DNA of 64,000 bases from an uncultured Bacillota bacterium. Lineage in GTDB: Bacteria > Sysuimicrobiota > Sysuimicrobiia > Sysuimicrobiales > Segetimicrobiaceae. The first letter of the stretch is position 1. The number at the start of each line of letters is the position of its first letter. This document shows, piece by piece, positions 37,697-48,915 of the stretch. Under the pieces are notes generated by a model that worked only from the letters and a program-made list of their open reading frames with translations, searched no databases and was not told where the DNA came from. The translations under genes and the position numbers were made by a program. The stretch spans positions 96,001 to 160,000 of the forward strand of contig CAWDRG010000005.1 in the NCBI GenBank assembly GCA_963804645.1, read 5' to 3'.

Positions 37697-39876
37697 GCCC
37701 TATCCCTCCCATTGTCGATGTTCCCGGTCCCGTGCACCAGCGTCTCGACCGCGAGCGGCATCCCGGTCCTCGCCGAGTCAACGGCGGCGAGGCAGCAGGC
37801 GGTGTTCGCAGCATACGCCGACATCTCGACGGGCGACGGCGCGTCCCCGCGTACGGCCCGGATCCACGCCGCCAGTTCCTCGGCGTACCCGCGCTCGGCC
37901 TCCGCCAGGCGCACACGCCGCAGCCGCCCGCCGCGTGCCAGCGTCCCGCGCTTAAAGTCCTCGAGCGAACACGTCATCCCTCGGCCGAACAGGTTCACGC
38001 GCTCCCGCCATGCTCCCTGGTCCGCCCCGTCGGCGTATAGGATTGTCCCGACGGACCCGTCTTGGAATCCGATCGACACCACGAACGAGGTACCGGGCTC
38101 CCCGGCTGGCGCGGTCGCGCGCGCGAACACCTGCGCCGGGTCGGCCCCGATCAGGTATTGGAGCAGGTCGACGAAATGTCCGCCTTCCCCCATCCACCGT
38201 CCCCCGCCCTCGACCGGATCGTACTGCCAATGGTCCGCCGGCACGGCCCCCGCGTTCACCTCGTAGGACGCCACCAGCGGGTGCTCGCCCGCCACGAACG
38301 CCTTCACCTGCCCGACGATCGGCGAGTACCGCCGATTGAACCCCACCATCAGGACGTGCGGCGATGCCTCGTACGCGGCGAGGACCGTCCGAAGATCCTC
38401 CCGCGTCAGCGCGAGCGGCTTCTCCACGAACACGTGCTTGCCGGCGCGCAGGGCGGCGGCGGCGAGCGCCGCGTGCGTGTCGTTGCGCGTCGCGATCACC
38501 ACGGCGCTCACGTCCGCGTCCCCAAGCACCGCATCGCTGTCCGTCGTGCAGACCTCGAACCCCAGACGATCGGCCGTGTGGCGCGCGGACAGCCCGGACG
38601 CGGCGGCCACGGCGCGGAAGCGGACGCCGGGGATCTTCCGCAGGGCCGGCAGGAGCACGGTCTGCGCGAACAGACCGCTCCCGATCACGCCGACCCCGAC
38701 GGTCGCACCTCGAACCGGCGCGGGACGGGGCAGCACGAGCGTCCGCACCTCGGGCGCTGCCTCCGGGTAAGTCAGGACGACCCCAAGGTACGGGGCGGCG
38801 CCGCGGATGATCGCGTACGCGTCCCCCGCCCGGTCGATCGGAAACCGGTGGGTCACCAGCGGCTCGGTGCGCACCGTCCCCCGCGCGACCTCGGCGAGAA
38901 ATGCCGCGAGATTGCGTCCGGCGGTCCACCGGACGTATCCCGGCGGGTACGCAACCCCTCTCCGCTCGTACTGCTCTTCTTCGGCCCCGGGTCCGGACGC
39001 CCGGGAGAGCACAAACGCCAGCTCCTTCTTCCAGAACGTCCGGCGCGGGATCTCCATGCCCGTCACGCCGACCATGACGATCGTGCCGCGCACCCGCGCC
39101 AACTCGCCCGCGAACTCCACCGGACCGCTACTGTTCGTCGAGGCGGTGATGATCACCGCATCGGCGCCGATCCCGCCCGAGGCCTCGAGCGTCGACGTGC
39201 GCACGGCGTCCGGGTCCGCCCCGACCGAGTCCGCGCCCAGGCGCTCGGCCAGGGCCACCCGATCGGGCGCCGGATCGTATGCCACGACCCGGCAGCCGGC
39301 GCTCCGGAGGAGCTGCACGGTCAGCTGCCCCACCAGGCCCAATCCAAGCACGACGCAGACATCGCCGAGGCTCACCCGCGCGCGTCGCACCCCATGCAGC
39401 GCGATCGCGCCAAGCATCCCGAACGCACCCGCCTCCATCGAGACCCCGGGCGGCAGCACGGCGCAGAGCTGGTGCGGCACCACGACGATCTCCGCGTGGT
39501 TGGCCCATCCCGCACCGGCGCACGCGACGCGGTCACCGGGCCGGAATCCTTCGACATCCGCGCCGAGACCGAGCACGGTTCCCGCGCTGCTGTATCCGAG
39601 CGGGAGCGGCATCTCGAGGCGGCGGAACGCCTCGCGCACCGTCGTGCGGAGACCCACCTGCCGCATCTTGACGAGCGCCTTGCGCACTTCCTCGGGCCGC
39701 GCCCGCGCCTTGCCGAGCAGGCTCTTGCCCGCGAGCGCGACGACGGAGCGCTCGGTCCCCGCGCTCACGACCGACACCGCGTTGTGGACGAGCACCGTCC
39801 CCGCCCGGATCTGCGGCACCGGCACGTCCAGCACTTCCAGGGCCCCGGTCCGGGGACTCAGCGTCACCTGCTTCAT
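37693..39876 (-). CDS. Bi-domain oxidoreductase (MDR-type dehydrogenase + Gfo/Idh/MocA)
   Basis: SAGTE, LGYSSAG, GLGLVG; then GSGLFA, ATRNDTHA, VEKPL, GFNRR, GEGGHFVD. Confidence 0.92.
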   Translation of the reverse strand: MKQVTLSPRTGALEVLDVPVPQIRAGTVLVHNAVSVVSAGTERSVVALAGKSLLGKARARPEEVRKALVKMRQVGLRTTVREAFRRLEMPLPLGYSSAGTVLGLGADVEGFRPGDRVACAGAGWANHAEIVVVPHQLCAVLPPGVSMEAGAFGMLGAIALHGVRRARVSLGDVCVVLGLGLVGQLTVQLLRSAGCRVVAYDPAPDRVALAERLGADSVGADPDAVRTSTLEASGGIGADAVIITASTNSSGPVEFAGELARVRGTIVMVGVTGMEIPRRTFWKKELAFVLSRASGPGAEEEQYERRGVAYPPGYVRWTAGRNLAAFLAEVARGTVRTEPLVTHRFPIDRAGDAYAIIRGAAPYLGVVLTYPEAAPEVRTLVLPRPAPVRGATVGVGVIGSGLFAQTVLLPALRKIPGVRFRAVAAASGLSARHTADRLGFEVCTTDSDAVLGDADVSAVVIATRNDTHAALAAAALRAGKHVFVEKPLALTREDLRTVLAAYEASPHVLMVGFNRRYSPIVGQVKAFVAGEHPLVASYEVNAGAVPADHWQYDPVEGGGRWMGEGGHFVDLLQYLIGADPAQVFARATAPAGEPGTSFVVSIGFQDGSVGTILYADGADQGAWRERVNLFGRGMTCSLEDFKRGTLARGGRLRRVRLAEAERGYAEELAAWIRAVRGDAPSPVEMSAYAANTACCLAAVDSARTGMPLAVETLVHGTGNIDNGRDRA

Positions 39877-40811
39877 CGGTCGACCGCCGGCGACGGCGCG
39901 GCCGGGTCGCCGCGCGCCGTGCCGCGGGCCCGCCGAGCCTCCAGGATGTTGGCGTCGATCAGCGCCCGATACCAGAGGACCTGGAGCACATAGTAGATGA
40001 ACCCCTCCCGACCGTCCAAGAATCCGCCCCGCAGCACGTACCGGTAGCCGAAGTACACGAGCGCGCGCGCCCCGAGCGGGATGCGGCGGTACACGCGATC
40101 ATACCACCAGCGGCTGCGCTCCGCCGGTTGATCGCTCCGCAGGCGCGCCGTCACCCCGCCGGCCGTCGGGGTCCGTTCGAAATCTGCGGCCGCCAGCTCC
40201 GCGTAGCGGACGTGACGTTCGACCCAACGCGACAGCGGCCGGCGGTCCTCATGCAGCAGATCGTGCCGGAGCCGCGCGGTCCCGCCGTCCACGAGCAGGT
40301 GCTCGTCCACCCCCCGCTCCTCGCAGCGCGCCACCGCGTGGCGAACGACGCGTAGCAGCCACACGGGATAGTATCCGCCATGGCGGAGCCACCGCCCCAA
40401 AAACACGAACCGGCGCTTGACATAGAACCCGCTGACGCCGGCCGGCGGCGACGTGAGCACCTCGCGGAGCTCGGCGCGCAGCTCGGGCATCACGGCCTCG
40501 TCGGCATCCAAGAACAGCACCCACTCCGTTCTGAACGGCAGCGACCGGAGCGCCCACGTGCGCTGTGCGGCGTACCCCGTAAACGCGTGGGACACGACCG
40601 CGGCCCCGGCCGCGGCGGCGATCTCCACCGTCCGGTCGGTGCTCCCGGCGTCGACCACCCAGACCTCGGACGCCCACCCGGCGACCGTGGCGAGGGCATG
40701 GGGAAGATTCATCTCTTCGTCACGCGTGAGAATGACAACAGCGAGCGGGACGAGGTCGGCGGACGCGGCAGCCTCGAGGGACCCGGACGGGGTCGGCCGC
40801 AGTCCCGTCAC
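39873..40811 (-). CDS. Family 2 glycosyltransferase
   Basis: VILTRDEE, VDAGSTDRT, LFLDADE, GGFLDGREG; GTGA coupling (alternative ATG 40829). Confidence 0.92.
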   Translation of the reverse strand: MTGLRPTPSGSLEAAASADLVPLAVVILTRDEEMNLPHALATVAGWASEVWVVDAGSTDRTVEIAAAAGAAVVSHAFTGYAAQRTWALRSLPFRTEWVLFLDADEAVMPELRAELREVLTSPPAGVSGFYVKRRFVFLGRWLRHGGYYPVWLLRVVRHAVARCEERGVDEHLLVDGGTARLRHDLLHEDRRPLSRWVERHVRYAELAAADFERTPTAGGVTARLRSDQPAERSRWWYDRVYRRIPLGARALVYFGYRYVLRGGFLDGREGFIYYVLQVLWYRALIDANILEARRARGTARGDPAAPSPAVDR

Positions 40812-41545
40812 CGGCCCGTGCGGTGCCATTCTGGACGGCCGCGGCGAGGCCAGCGCCCGGTGACGCTGATAAAGATGGAGAGCACGATCAGTCTGAGGTC
40901 GAGCCACAGGCTCATCCGGCTGATGTAGAGCGCGTCGTACTTGAATTTCCGCTGACGGCTGATGTCGCGCGGCGCGTATACCTGCGCCAGCCCGGTCAGC
41001 CCGGGCCGCGCCAGGATGCGGACGCGGTAGTTCGGCACGTCGGCGATGTCGTGGTACTGCCGCGACCTCGGATCGACCTCGATCTCGTTGGGCAGCAGCG
41101 CCCGCGGGCCGACGAAGCTCATCTCCCCGCGCACCACGTTCAGGAGTTGGGGGATCTCGTCGAGCGCCGTCGCGCGCAGGATGCGTCCGGCCGGCGTGAT
41201 CCGCTGGTCGTCCACCGTGGCCTGACGATGCGCGCCCGAGACGGTGTGCTCGTGCATCGTCCGGAACTTGAACACGCCGAATGGCTGGCCGTACCGCCCG
41301 ACGCGCACCTGGCGGATGAAGACCGCCCCGCGGTCGCCGAGCCAGATCACGCACGCGATCACGAGGGACACGGGCAGGAGCAGGAGGAGGCCGAGTATAG
41401 CCAGACACACGTCGAGCTGCCGCTTCAGCGGGTAGTCGACCCGACGGGCGCGCACGGTCACCGCGACGGCATTCGGCTCGCGCGGCGCGGCCGCGCGCAC
41501 CGACTCCTCAGCGGCGCTGCCCACGGAACCGGAACCCATAACCAT
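40808..41545 (-). CDS. Priming phosphoglycosyltransferase (bacterial sugar transferase, WcaJ/PglC family)
   Basis: KRQLD, FKFRTM, LDEIPQLLNV, GEMSFVGPR, PGLTGLAQV, DALYI. Confidence 0.95.
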   Translation of the reverse strand: MVMGSGSVGSAAEESVRAAAPREPNAVAVTVRARRVDYPLKRQLDVCLAILGLLLLLPVSLVIACVIWLGDRGAVFIRQVRVGRYGQPFGVFKFRTMHEHTVSGAHRQATVDDQRITPAGRILRATALDEIPQLLNVVRGEMSFVGPRALLPNEIEVDPRSRQYHDIADVPNYRVRILARPGLTGLAQVYAPRDISRQRKFKYDALYISRMSLWLDLRLIVLSIFISVTGRWPRRGRPEWHRTGR

Positions 41546-41550
41546 TGTTT

Positions 41551-42804
41551 TTAGCCCTCACGCTGAGAATCTCCTGCGATGCGCCGCCCGCCGCCCGCCG
41601 CGCGCACGCGCTCGACGAGCGCATCGTACTCGCGCGCGGCGCCGTCCCGCGAGAAGTGACGCTCGACGTAGCGGCGTCCCGCGGCCCCCATCTCGAGGGC
41701 CGACGCCGGATCGCGCGCGATGCGCCGGATCGCGTCCGCGAGCGCGGCGGCATCGCCGGGGGGCACGCAGATGCCGCCGCCCGACGCCTCGATCATCTCG
41801 CGCGCGTCGCCCGGCGGGAGCGCGGCGACGACGGGCCGGGCGGCGGCGAGAATCCCGGCGATCTTCGAGGGCACCACGGGGGTCGCCACCGACGCCTGCA
41901 GGGTCGCGAGACAGCAGTCGGCCGCGTTGAGCAGCAGCGGATACCGCTCCATCGGCTGGAACGGCCCGAAGCGAACGTTCTCGAGCCGCCGGTCGCGGAC
42001 GAGCGCTTCCGCCTCCGCGCGCCGCACCCCGTCCCCAATCAGCAGGAACAGGATGTCGCGCTCGCCGCGGAGCGCCGCGGCGGCTTCAACGATCACGGCC
42101 ATGTCCTGCGCGTACCCCATCACCCCCGCGAACAGCACCACAAACGCGTCGCCGAGCGTAAACTCCGTCCGGTACGCGTTGTCGCGGGGGCCGGGGGCCG
42201 TCGCCTTCGTATCGATCCAGTTGGGTACGACGGTCACCTTGGCATCCGGGACGCCCTGTGCCATCAGGCGCGCGCGGTTCCCGTCCGAGTGCACCGTGAT
42301 CGCCGCGGCGCGCCGGTACGCCCGCCGCTCGAGCCAGCGAAGCACGCCCACGACGAGCCGGTTGCGTGCCAGTCCGAGATCGATGAGCGTCTGCGGATAC
42401 AGGTCCTGCACGTTCAGAATGTAGGGCGCGCCCCACGCGCGGCCGAGGGCCTCGCACGCCAGCGCCAATGTCAGCGGCGGCGAGTACGCGAGCAGGACAT
42501 CGTGACGTCCGAGGCGCCAGCCGGCCGCAATCATCGACCCGGCGAGGGTAAAGTGGGTCACCGCCCGCACCGTCGGCGCGACCTTCACGAACGGGAGCGC
42601 GGTGACGCGCTGGACCCGCACGCGGCCGCCGCCGTTCGCGGGGGCCGCGTCCGACTGCGCCTCAGCCATGTTCGCCGGCGGGTACGGCGCGAGTACGGTC
42701 ACCTCGTGCCCGGCGGCGGCTAGGTCCTCGGCTAACTGCGACATCAGGACCGAGACGCTCCGCACTTCCGGCGGATAGTGGGGGCTCAACAGCAGGATGC
42801 GCAT
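41551..42804 (-). CDS. Family 4 glycosyltransferase (WbuB-like)
   Basis: HYPPE, YSPP, VQDLYP, VPNW, AGVMGYAQD, VPSK. Confidence 0.92.
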   Translation of the reverse strand: MRILLLSPHYPPEVRSVSVLMSQLAEDLAAAGHEVTVLAPYPPANMAEAQSDAAPANGGGRVRVQRVTALPFVKVAPTVRAVTHFTLAGSMIAAGWRLGRHDVLLAYSPPLTLALACEALGRAWGAPYILNVQDLYPQTLIDLGLARNRLVVGVLRWLERRAYRRAAAITVHSDGNRARLMAQGVPDAKVTVVPNWIDTKATAPGPRDNAYRTEFTLGDAFVVLFAGVMGYAQDMAVIVEAAAALRGERDILFLLIGDGVRRAEAEALVRDRRLENVRFGPFQPMERYPLLLNAADCCLATLQASVATPVVPSKIAGILAAARPVVAALPPGDAREMIEASGGGICVPPGDAAALADAIRRIARDPASALEMGAAGRRYVERHFSRDGAAREYDALVERVRAAGGGRRIAGDSQREG

Positions 42805-43943
42805 CAGGCGGGCGCGGCCCCGGGCGTGACGATCCGCGCGTAGGCGGCCGCGATCCGGTCTCCGTAGACGTCCCAGCCCCAGGACGCGGCCGTGCGCGCC
42901 GCCGCCTCTCCCATCGCACGGCGGCGGGGCTCGTCCTCGTACAACTCGAGCAGCGCGTCGGCGAGCGCCCCGGCGTCCCTGGCCGGCACGATCAGCCCTT
43001 CGCGCCCGTGGGTCACGATGTCTTCCGCTCCTGTGTTCGGCGTCACTACGACCGGCAGCCCGCTCGCCATCGCCTCGAGAATCACAAGCGCCAGCCCTTC
43101 CTCAACCGATGGTAGCACAAAGACGGACGCGTCCCGGTACACGCGCGCGAGCTCCGCCTGCGAAAGACCGCCGAGGTGACGAAACGGCACGCGCGCGCGG
43201 TCCAGCATCGCGCGCTGCCCCGCCGGCACGGCACCGACGAGCCACAACTCCACGTCCGGCACGTTGAGACGCGCGACCGCGTCGAGCAGGTACGGGGTGC
43301 CCTTCCGGAGACTGAGACCCACGGCGACGATCCGAAACGGCCGCCCCGGGGTCGCTCCCGCGGTGAACTGATCGAGGTGCACGCCGTACGGCACGTGCAC
43401 GATCCGCTCCCGCGGGAACCCGTGGGCGAGAAAGCTTTCGAGCACAAACCGGCTCGGCACCGCGATGTACTCGGCCTCTTCGTACTCCTCCAGCTGCCGC
43501 GCGAGCAGCCGCCGGTCCACGGGCGGCGCCTCGGCACCCCACCGTTGGTGCTCTTCTGCCAGCAGCGCCTGCTGGGTCAGGATGTGGGTCGATCCCCGCT
43601 CGAGCACCGTGTGCGCGCCCGACGCCCGGGCCGCGCGGCTGGACAGGAGCGAGAACAGCGCAAACCCGACCAGCAGATCGCAGTCGCGCACGTGCCGGAC
43701 CGCCCAGCGGTCGAACGACACCGCCTTGAGATAGTCGCCGATCTCCCAGCGCAGCCCAAAGCGGCGCGGCCCGCGCATCAGGATCTCCGGCACGATGTTG
43801 GCGACGAGGCGCTCGCTCGGGATCTGCTCCCCGCGCAGCGGCCGGTGGGTGGTGACGAGGCGCTGCAGGAGGCCCCGTCGTTCGAGCTGTTCGGCCAGGC
43901 GGAACGCGTGGAACGTTCCGCCGACCGACACTGTGACCTTCAT
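42804..43943 (-). CDS. Family 4 glycosyltransferase
   Basis: ATG 43943 MKVTVSVGGTFH; VPSRFV, RKG, LPSVEEGLALVILEAMASG (EX7E). Confidence 0.92.
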   Translation of the reverse strand: MKVTVSVGGTFHAFRLAEQLERRGLLQRLVTTHRPLRGEQIPSERLVANIVPEILMRGPRRFGLRWEIGDYLKAVSFDRWAVRHVRDCDLLVGFALFSLLSSRAARASGAHTVLERGSTHILTQQALLAEEHQRWGAEAPPVDRRLLARQLEEYEEAEYIAVPSRFVLESFLAHGFPRERIVHVPYGVHLDQFTAGATPGRPFRIVAVGLSLRKGTPYLLDAVARLNVPDVELWLVGAVPAGQRAMLDRARVPFRHLGGLSQAELARVYRDASVFVLPSVEEGLALVILEAMASGLPVVVTPNTGAEDIVTHGREGLIVPARDAGALADALLELYEDEPRRRAMGEAAARTAASWGWDVYGDRIAAAYARIVTPGAAPA

Positions 43944-45483
43944 CGACCGTCGGGGCCGGCGGGCTCGTCCGCGGCACCAATCTCCGGCGCCGCATCGGCC
44001 GCGGCCGGCGCGCCGTTCTGCGAGAGCGGCGTCTCCCCCTGAAACGCGGCGATCAGCGCAAGCAGGTGTTCCTGCATCTGCTGCCAGTCGAACAGGGCGA
44101 GGCAGACGACGTACAGGAAGCCCGACGCCGCGAGGTTCGCTGCGAACCCCGTGCGCCCGGTCCACGGGAGCACGTGCCACGTCCGGCTCAGCGCGACCGC
44201 GCCGCCGCCGACCGCCGCAGCGATCGCGGGGCGCAGATAGCCCCCGAGCGCCAGGGACCCGATCTCGGCCCGGAGCGACAGATAACTCGAGCCGAGCCCG
44301 ACCACCTCGCTGAGCGTCATGACCGCCGCCGCCCCCCGCGCCCCCCAGTGTAAAATTGCGGGCGCCAAGAGCGGCAGCGTCACGCAGAGCTGGACGACCC
44401 GAAACTTCACGGCGTCGCGGATCCGTCCGATGCCGATCAGCAGCACTTTGACGTTGTCGGCAATCGGATAGAGAAACCCGAAGACGGCGAGCCAGGGCAG
44501 GATCGCCGCGGTTTCGTCCCAGCGCTGGCCGGCGCCGTACAGCAGGCCCACGAGCTCCCGCGGGAAGAGCAGGAGCCAGATCAGCACGGGGAACATCAGC
44601 CGCACCAGGAATCCGTGCGTGAGCCGGTAGGCGTACGCGACCGCCTCCGCCCGCCCCTGCAGGCGCGCGTAGACGGGATAGGCCACCTGCACGGCGCCGA
44701 ACGACACGATGTAGTGGCCGAACTCGGCGAGGTACCGGCCGCGGTCGTAGAACCCGAGCACGACGGTGCCGCCGAGGATGCCGAGGAGTGCTGTGTCCGC
44801 GCGGTACCAGAGCGTCTCGAGCCCCCGCGTCACGAACATCTGCCACCCGAACCGCCACAGCCGCTGCGCGGTCTCGTGGTTGTAACCGCCGTGGTAGCGC
44901 CAGCGGCTCGCGACGCGATTGCCCACGAGCGCGGCACCGGAGAGCACGACTTCCCGACCGAGCAGGCTCCACACCCCGGCGCCGGCGCTTGGCCATCGCC
45001 AGCGTCGACGACCATCGCCAGGACCGCGGTGACGAGCCGCACTACCGAGAGCTGATGGTACACAAGCTGCTTCTCAAGCTGCGCGGAGTACACGTAGGAG
45101 AACAGCGTCAGGTTCCGGACGGCGAACAGGATGAAAAACAGCGGGATGAACGACCCGGGGTAGTGCGGGCTCAAGATCACGCACAGCACCGCCGCCACCG
45201 CGAGCATGCCCCAGTACAGCCGGCGGCTCAGCACGTACGCGGTCTCGGCGACCTGAGGCGCAGTCGGCATCTGGATGATGCCCTGCGAGAAGCTGAACGC
45301 GGTGATGATCGAGAGCAGGTCCACGAACGACCCGGCGAGCGCGAACTGCCCGAAGTCCTTGGGGAAGAGGATGCGCGCCAGGACGAGCGTGACGCCGAGG
45401 TTGAGAACGAATCCGATGTAGCCTGAGCCGCTGAGCCAGACCGTCCCGATCAGGGCGCGGCGCGCCCCCGACTGCGGCTTCAC
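43940..45483 (-). CDS. wzx: Wzx-type flippase, interrupted by two extra bases near 44980-45010
   Basis: 5' frame LARILFPKDFG; 3' frame GVWSLL, ADTALLG, LGFYDRG; span 1544 nt = 514 codons + 2. Confidence 0.85.
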
Positions 45484-46724
45484 CGAGACGCCCGCACGTC
45501 GGCCGGCGCAGGCGCGGTGCGGCGCACGCCGGTGCTGCGCAGCGCGTCCAAGATCCCCCGGACGTCCGCCTCGTAGGAGTAGGCGGCGACGATCTCGAGC
45601 GACCGCGCCCCCATCGCCTCGCGCCGGGCGGGGTCGCCGAGCACCGCGCGCAGCGCCTGCGCGAGCGCGTCCACGTCACCCACGTGATACACGTACCCGT
45701 TCTCCCCCGGCCGGACAAGATCGGGCGCCGCGCCGACCGCGTCGCTCGCAATCGCCGGGACGCCGAAGCACATCGCCTCGTTCAGGACGAGCCCCCAGGG
45801 CTCGTGGCTGGACGGCAGCACCAGCACGTCGGACGCCGCATAGTACTGCGAGATCTCGCCCTGATTGATGAAGCCCGTGATCAGGGCGTGGCGCAGACCG
45901 GCGCGGGCGATCTCCGCCTCCAACAGGGCGCGCTCGCTGCCGTCTCCCATCAACACCAGCGACAGGGGACACTCCCCCGCGATCCGTGCCGCCGCCTGCA
46001 CCAGATCCAGGGGCCGCTTCCGGGGAATCAGCTTCCCCGCGTACAGCACCACGGGCACGCCGGGCGGGACGCCGAGGTGTTCGCGGAGGGCGGCCCGCTC
46101 CGGCCGCAGCCGCGCCGCCTCCGTCATGAAGTACTCGTTGTCGACGGCGTACGGCACCGAGAAGATGCGGTCGTCCGGCACGCCGTAGGCCCGGTAGAAC
46201 TCCCGGTTGCGCTCGCCGATCGCGAGCGCGCCGTGGATGCGGTGCAGCAGGCCCCCGAGCACGGCGCGCTTGCCGGTCCGGACCCACCACCGCCGCCGGC
46301 CGAGCAGGTTGGACTCCCCCCGCAGGAACAGCGGCGTCGCGGTCGCCCAGGCACCGAGAAACGACAGCCACTCCGTGGCATGTGCGTAGCCGTGCACGAT
46401 CAGCGCATCATAGCGCCCCGCGCGCAGCGTGCCGAAGATCGAGGGATGGAAGAACCGAAGGAAGTGATCGGCCGAGATCGGCGACCGGTTCCGCAGCACG
46501 CGCCACTCGTACCCGTCAAGGAGAGGCAGATCCCACTGCACGGTCGAGCCGAACTCCCAGTCATAATACTGCCGCGCCCCCATGTCATCCATGTAGTACA
46601 CGGTCAGGTCCAATGCCGGGTCCGCCGCGAGTCGTCGGAGGAGCGGGACCTGATATTGGATCGGATGCGAGACGAGGTACGCGACGCGAAACGGCGCCAT
46701 GCCGTCACCGGCCGAAATATTCAC
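45480..46724 (-). CDS. Family 4 glycosyltransferase
   Basis: SHPIQYQ, PYAVDN, GKLIPRK, PSSHEPWGLVLNEAM; GTG 46724 is 6 nt after TATGAT (alternative ATG 46700). Confidence 0.92.
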   Translation of the reverse strand: MNISAGDGMAPFRVAYLVSHPIQYQVPLLRRLAADPALDLTVYYMDDMGARQYYDWEFGSTVQWDLPLLDGYEWRVLRNRSPISADHFLRFFHPSIFGTLRAGRYDALIVHGYAHATEWLSFLGAWATATPLFLRGESNLLGRRRWWVRTGKRAVLGGLLHRIHGALAIGERNREFYRAYGVPDDRIFSVPYAVDNEYFMTEAARLRPERAALREHLGVPPGVPVVLYAGKLIPRKRPLDLVQAAARIAGECPLSLVLMGDGSERALLEAEIARAGLRHALITGFINQGEISQYYAASDVLVLPSSHEPWGLVLNEAMCFGVPAIASDAVGAAPDLVRPGENGYVYHVGDVDALAQALRAVLGDPARREAMGARSLEIVAAYSYEADVRGILDALRSTGVRRTAPAPADVRASR

Positions 46725-46835
46725 ACCCGCATCATAACCAACGGTCGGCGTGCGTGGTGATCGAGATCCCGGAGGTCCGCCCCGCACAGCCGCTCGGCGC
46801 CTCGGTGCGTGGCCGACCCGAGCGCGCGCGGTTCC

Positions 46836-48554
46836 CTACTCCAGACGCCGGCACGAGGCCCCTTGCGGTGGAACGCCTCCGGCCTCCTGCTCACGAACCG
46901 CCGGTGTGAGCGCCGGCAGCGTGCACAGGATCCCGTCTTTCCACGTCAGCACGTGGAAATCACCGACCTGGTAGATGTGGTCCGGTTCCCCGAAGGTGCG
47001 GCGCGCGATCAGATCGTCGACATCCCCGCCGTCCACGATGAGGAACGTCGCGGGATGCGCAGACGTGAACCACGCGTTGCTGGCCATCAACTCGATGTTG
47101 GGCACAAGCGTCGTCGCCGAACGCGGGATCGAAGCGTACTGACCGGTCGAGATCAGAGGACGAACGGTCACCCGGCCGGCGGTCTCCACCGTGACGATCG
47201 AGGCCTCGTCGTAGGGCCCGTATCCGGACTGGAAGCCGTGCTGGTCGAGCCAGCGGGCCAGCGCAATCTGATGGAATTTCTCGGGGTTGTCGAAGCCCTC
47301 GGGATGCCGCAGATGGATCGGCGGGACGCCGAAGACGAACACGACCGCACCCACCAGCAGCGCCGAGGCCAGCGTGCCCTTCCGACGCGGTTCGGCCAGC
47401 CATCCACGGTACCCGGACGCGACCGTTCTGGCAAACACGATCACCGCCAGGAGAAACACCGGGGTGCGATGCTCGTCGCCCAGGTAGTCGCCGGGGCCGT
47501 ACAGGAAGGTTCCGGCCGCTGAGAGGAGCACCGCGGTCGTGACGACGACCGTGACCCAGTCGGCAAGGGCGCCGCGCGCCACCTGGACGACGGCGCGCGC
47601 CACTGCCCAGAGCACGGCGCACAGGTACCCGAACCGAACCATGGCGGACAGCAGCTGGCCGTGGTGGCTCCCCAACGACATGCCGAAGAAGTTGGCGCCG
47701 GTGAGGTCCAGGAATGTGCGGATGAAGTCGACGGCGCGCGGGACGAGCTCAGAAAGCGGAATAATATCCGACAGCGACAGCCGCATCGTGAACCCGCCGA
47801 GGCGGGGCACCAGCCACAGCACGCCGGCGGCGGCGATCCACGCCGCGAGCGCGACCCAGAGGGCGCGCGTGCTCCAGCCGTCGCGGGCGGACCCGGGCTG
47901 CACCAGCCATCCGTACAGCGACACGAGGATGATCGGGAGGATCCCCAGCGTCAGCATGTAGGGATCCCCAACCCGCCCCATCGCGAGCAGGAGCCCGGCG
48001 CCGATGAGACCCGCGGCCGCTGCGCGGCCTCGCCGACCGGCGCTCACCCGGAGCGCCAGTATGGCACCGAGCGCAACCGCCGTGGTACCGGTGTGGTACG
48101 GGCCGATCAACACCTGGCTCGCCAGCGCGGGGGAGGGAAACAGCAGCGGCAGTAGAGCGATCCCGATGATCATCGCGCGATCGGTACCCCGAAGATCTAG
48201 CCCGACAACGGATACCGATGCGACAAGGACCATCAGCACAAGATAAACGAACATGGGCACCGCGTGCAGCAGCACCGGATCGAATCCCCGCAGCCGCAGT
48301 CCGAGCACGTAGACCATGTCGTCGGTGAACCAGTGCGGGTCTTGCGTCACCACCCAGCCGTGCAGCAGCCAGTTGCCGTGCAGCATATCTTGGGCGTAGA
48401 GGAGGTTGTTGGCGAAATCGAACACGTCGAGGCCTGCGGGCACCGAGAGTGTCACGGCCCAGCAGTAGATCAACCAGCAGACGATGGCGACCCCGGCACC
48501 GGCGAGCAGCACCACCCGCCGCGCCCTGCCGCGCCGGCCGACGCTAGCCAGCAT
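46836..48554 (-). CDS. Polytopic membrane protein, putative lipid-donor (GT-C, Gtr-like) glycosyltransferase
   Basis: First loop DFANNLLYAQDMLHGNWLLHGW..WFTD, many TMs, soluble C-terminal domain. Confidence 0.55.
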   Translation of the reverse strand: MLASVGRRGRARRVVLLAGAGVAIVCWLIYCWAVTLSVPAGLDVFDFANNLLYAQDMLHGNWLLHGWVVTQDPHWFTDDMVYVLGLRLRGFDPVLLHAVPMFVYLVLMVLVASVSVVGLDLRGTDRAMIIGIALLPLLFPSPALASQVLIGPYHTGTTAVALGAILALRVSAGRRGRAAAAGLIGAGLLLAMGRVGDPYMLTLGILPIILVSLYGWLVQPGSARDGWSTRALWVALAAWIAAAGVLWLVPRLGGFTMRLSLSDIIPLSELVPRAVDFIRTFLDLTGANFFGMSLGSHHGQLLSAMVRFGYLCAVLWAVARAVVQVARGALADWVTVVVTTAVLLSAAGTFLYGPGDYLGDEHRTPVFLLAVIVFARTVASGYRGWLAEPRRKGTLASALLVGAVVFVFGVPPIHLRHPEGFDNPEKFHQIALARWLDQHGFQSGYGPYDEASIVTVETAGRVTVRPLISTGQYASIPRSATTLVPNIELMASNAWFTSAHPATFLIVDGGDVDDLIARRTFGEPDHIYQVGDFHVLTWKDGILCTLPALTPAVREQEAGGVPPQGASCRRLE

Positions 48555-48915
48555 CGGCACCTCGCCGATCGATCGAGTGCGGGGTCCGGGTCGCGCCGCG
48601 CAGCGGCTGAGCCAACGGCTCCGACCGTGTGGCGACCAATCTCTGCGCGACCCGCGTCCGCGGCCAGCGAGCCATGTATCAACCTCCGTGACACGAGAGC
48701 CCCGCCGTGTCGGCCCAAGGTTCGGCGAGCCGGGATTCTGAACCTTTCCTGCTGCGAAGGCATGCTGGCGGCCCGACAGGGTGATCGGGGCCCGGGACGA
48801 AGCATATGGAGACATCCATGCGAAGGCCGGCCAGCGCCTCGAATTCACGCGCTGCCCTCCGCCGCAGTGTCGGATGAGCGGTAGCGCGTCACCGCACGGG
48901 AGGCTCCATCCGTTC

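Noticed and set aside
1864..46760. Many long plus-strand ORFs (e.g. 4930-7182, 24809-26767, 28294-30576, 38062-39993)
   Set aside because: Antisense shadows of well-supported minus-strand genes; Arg/Pro-rich, no motifs; expected in high-GC DNA
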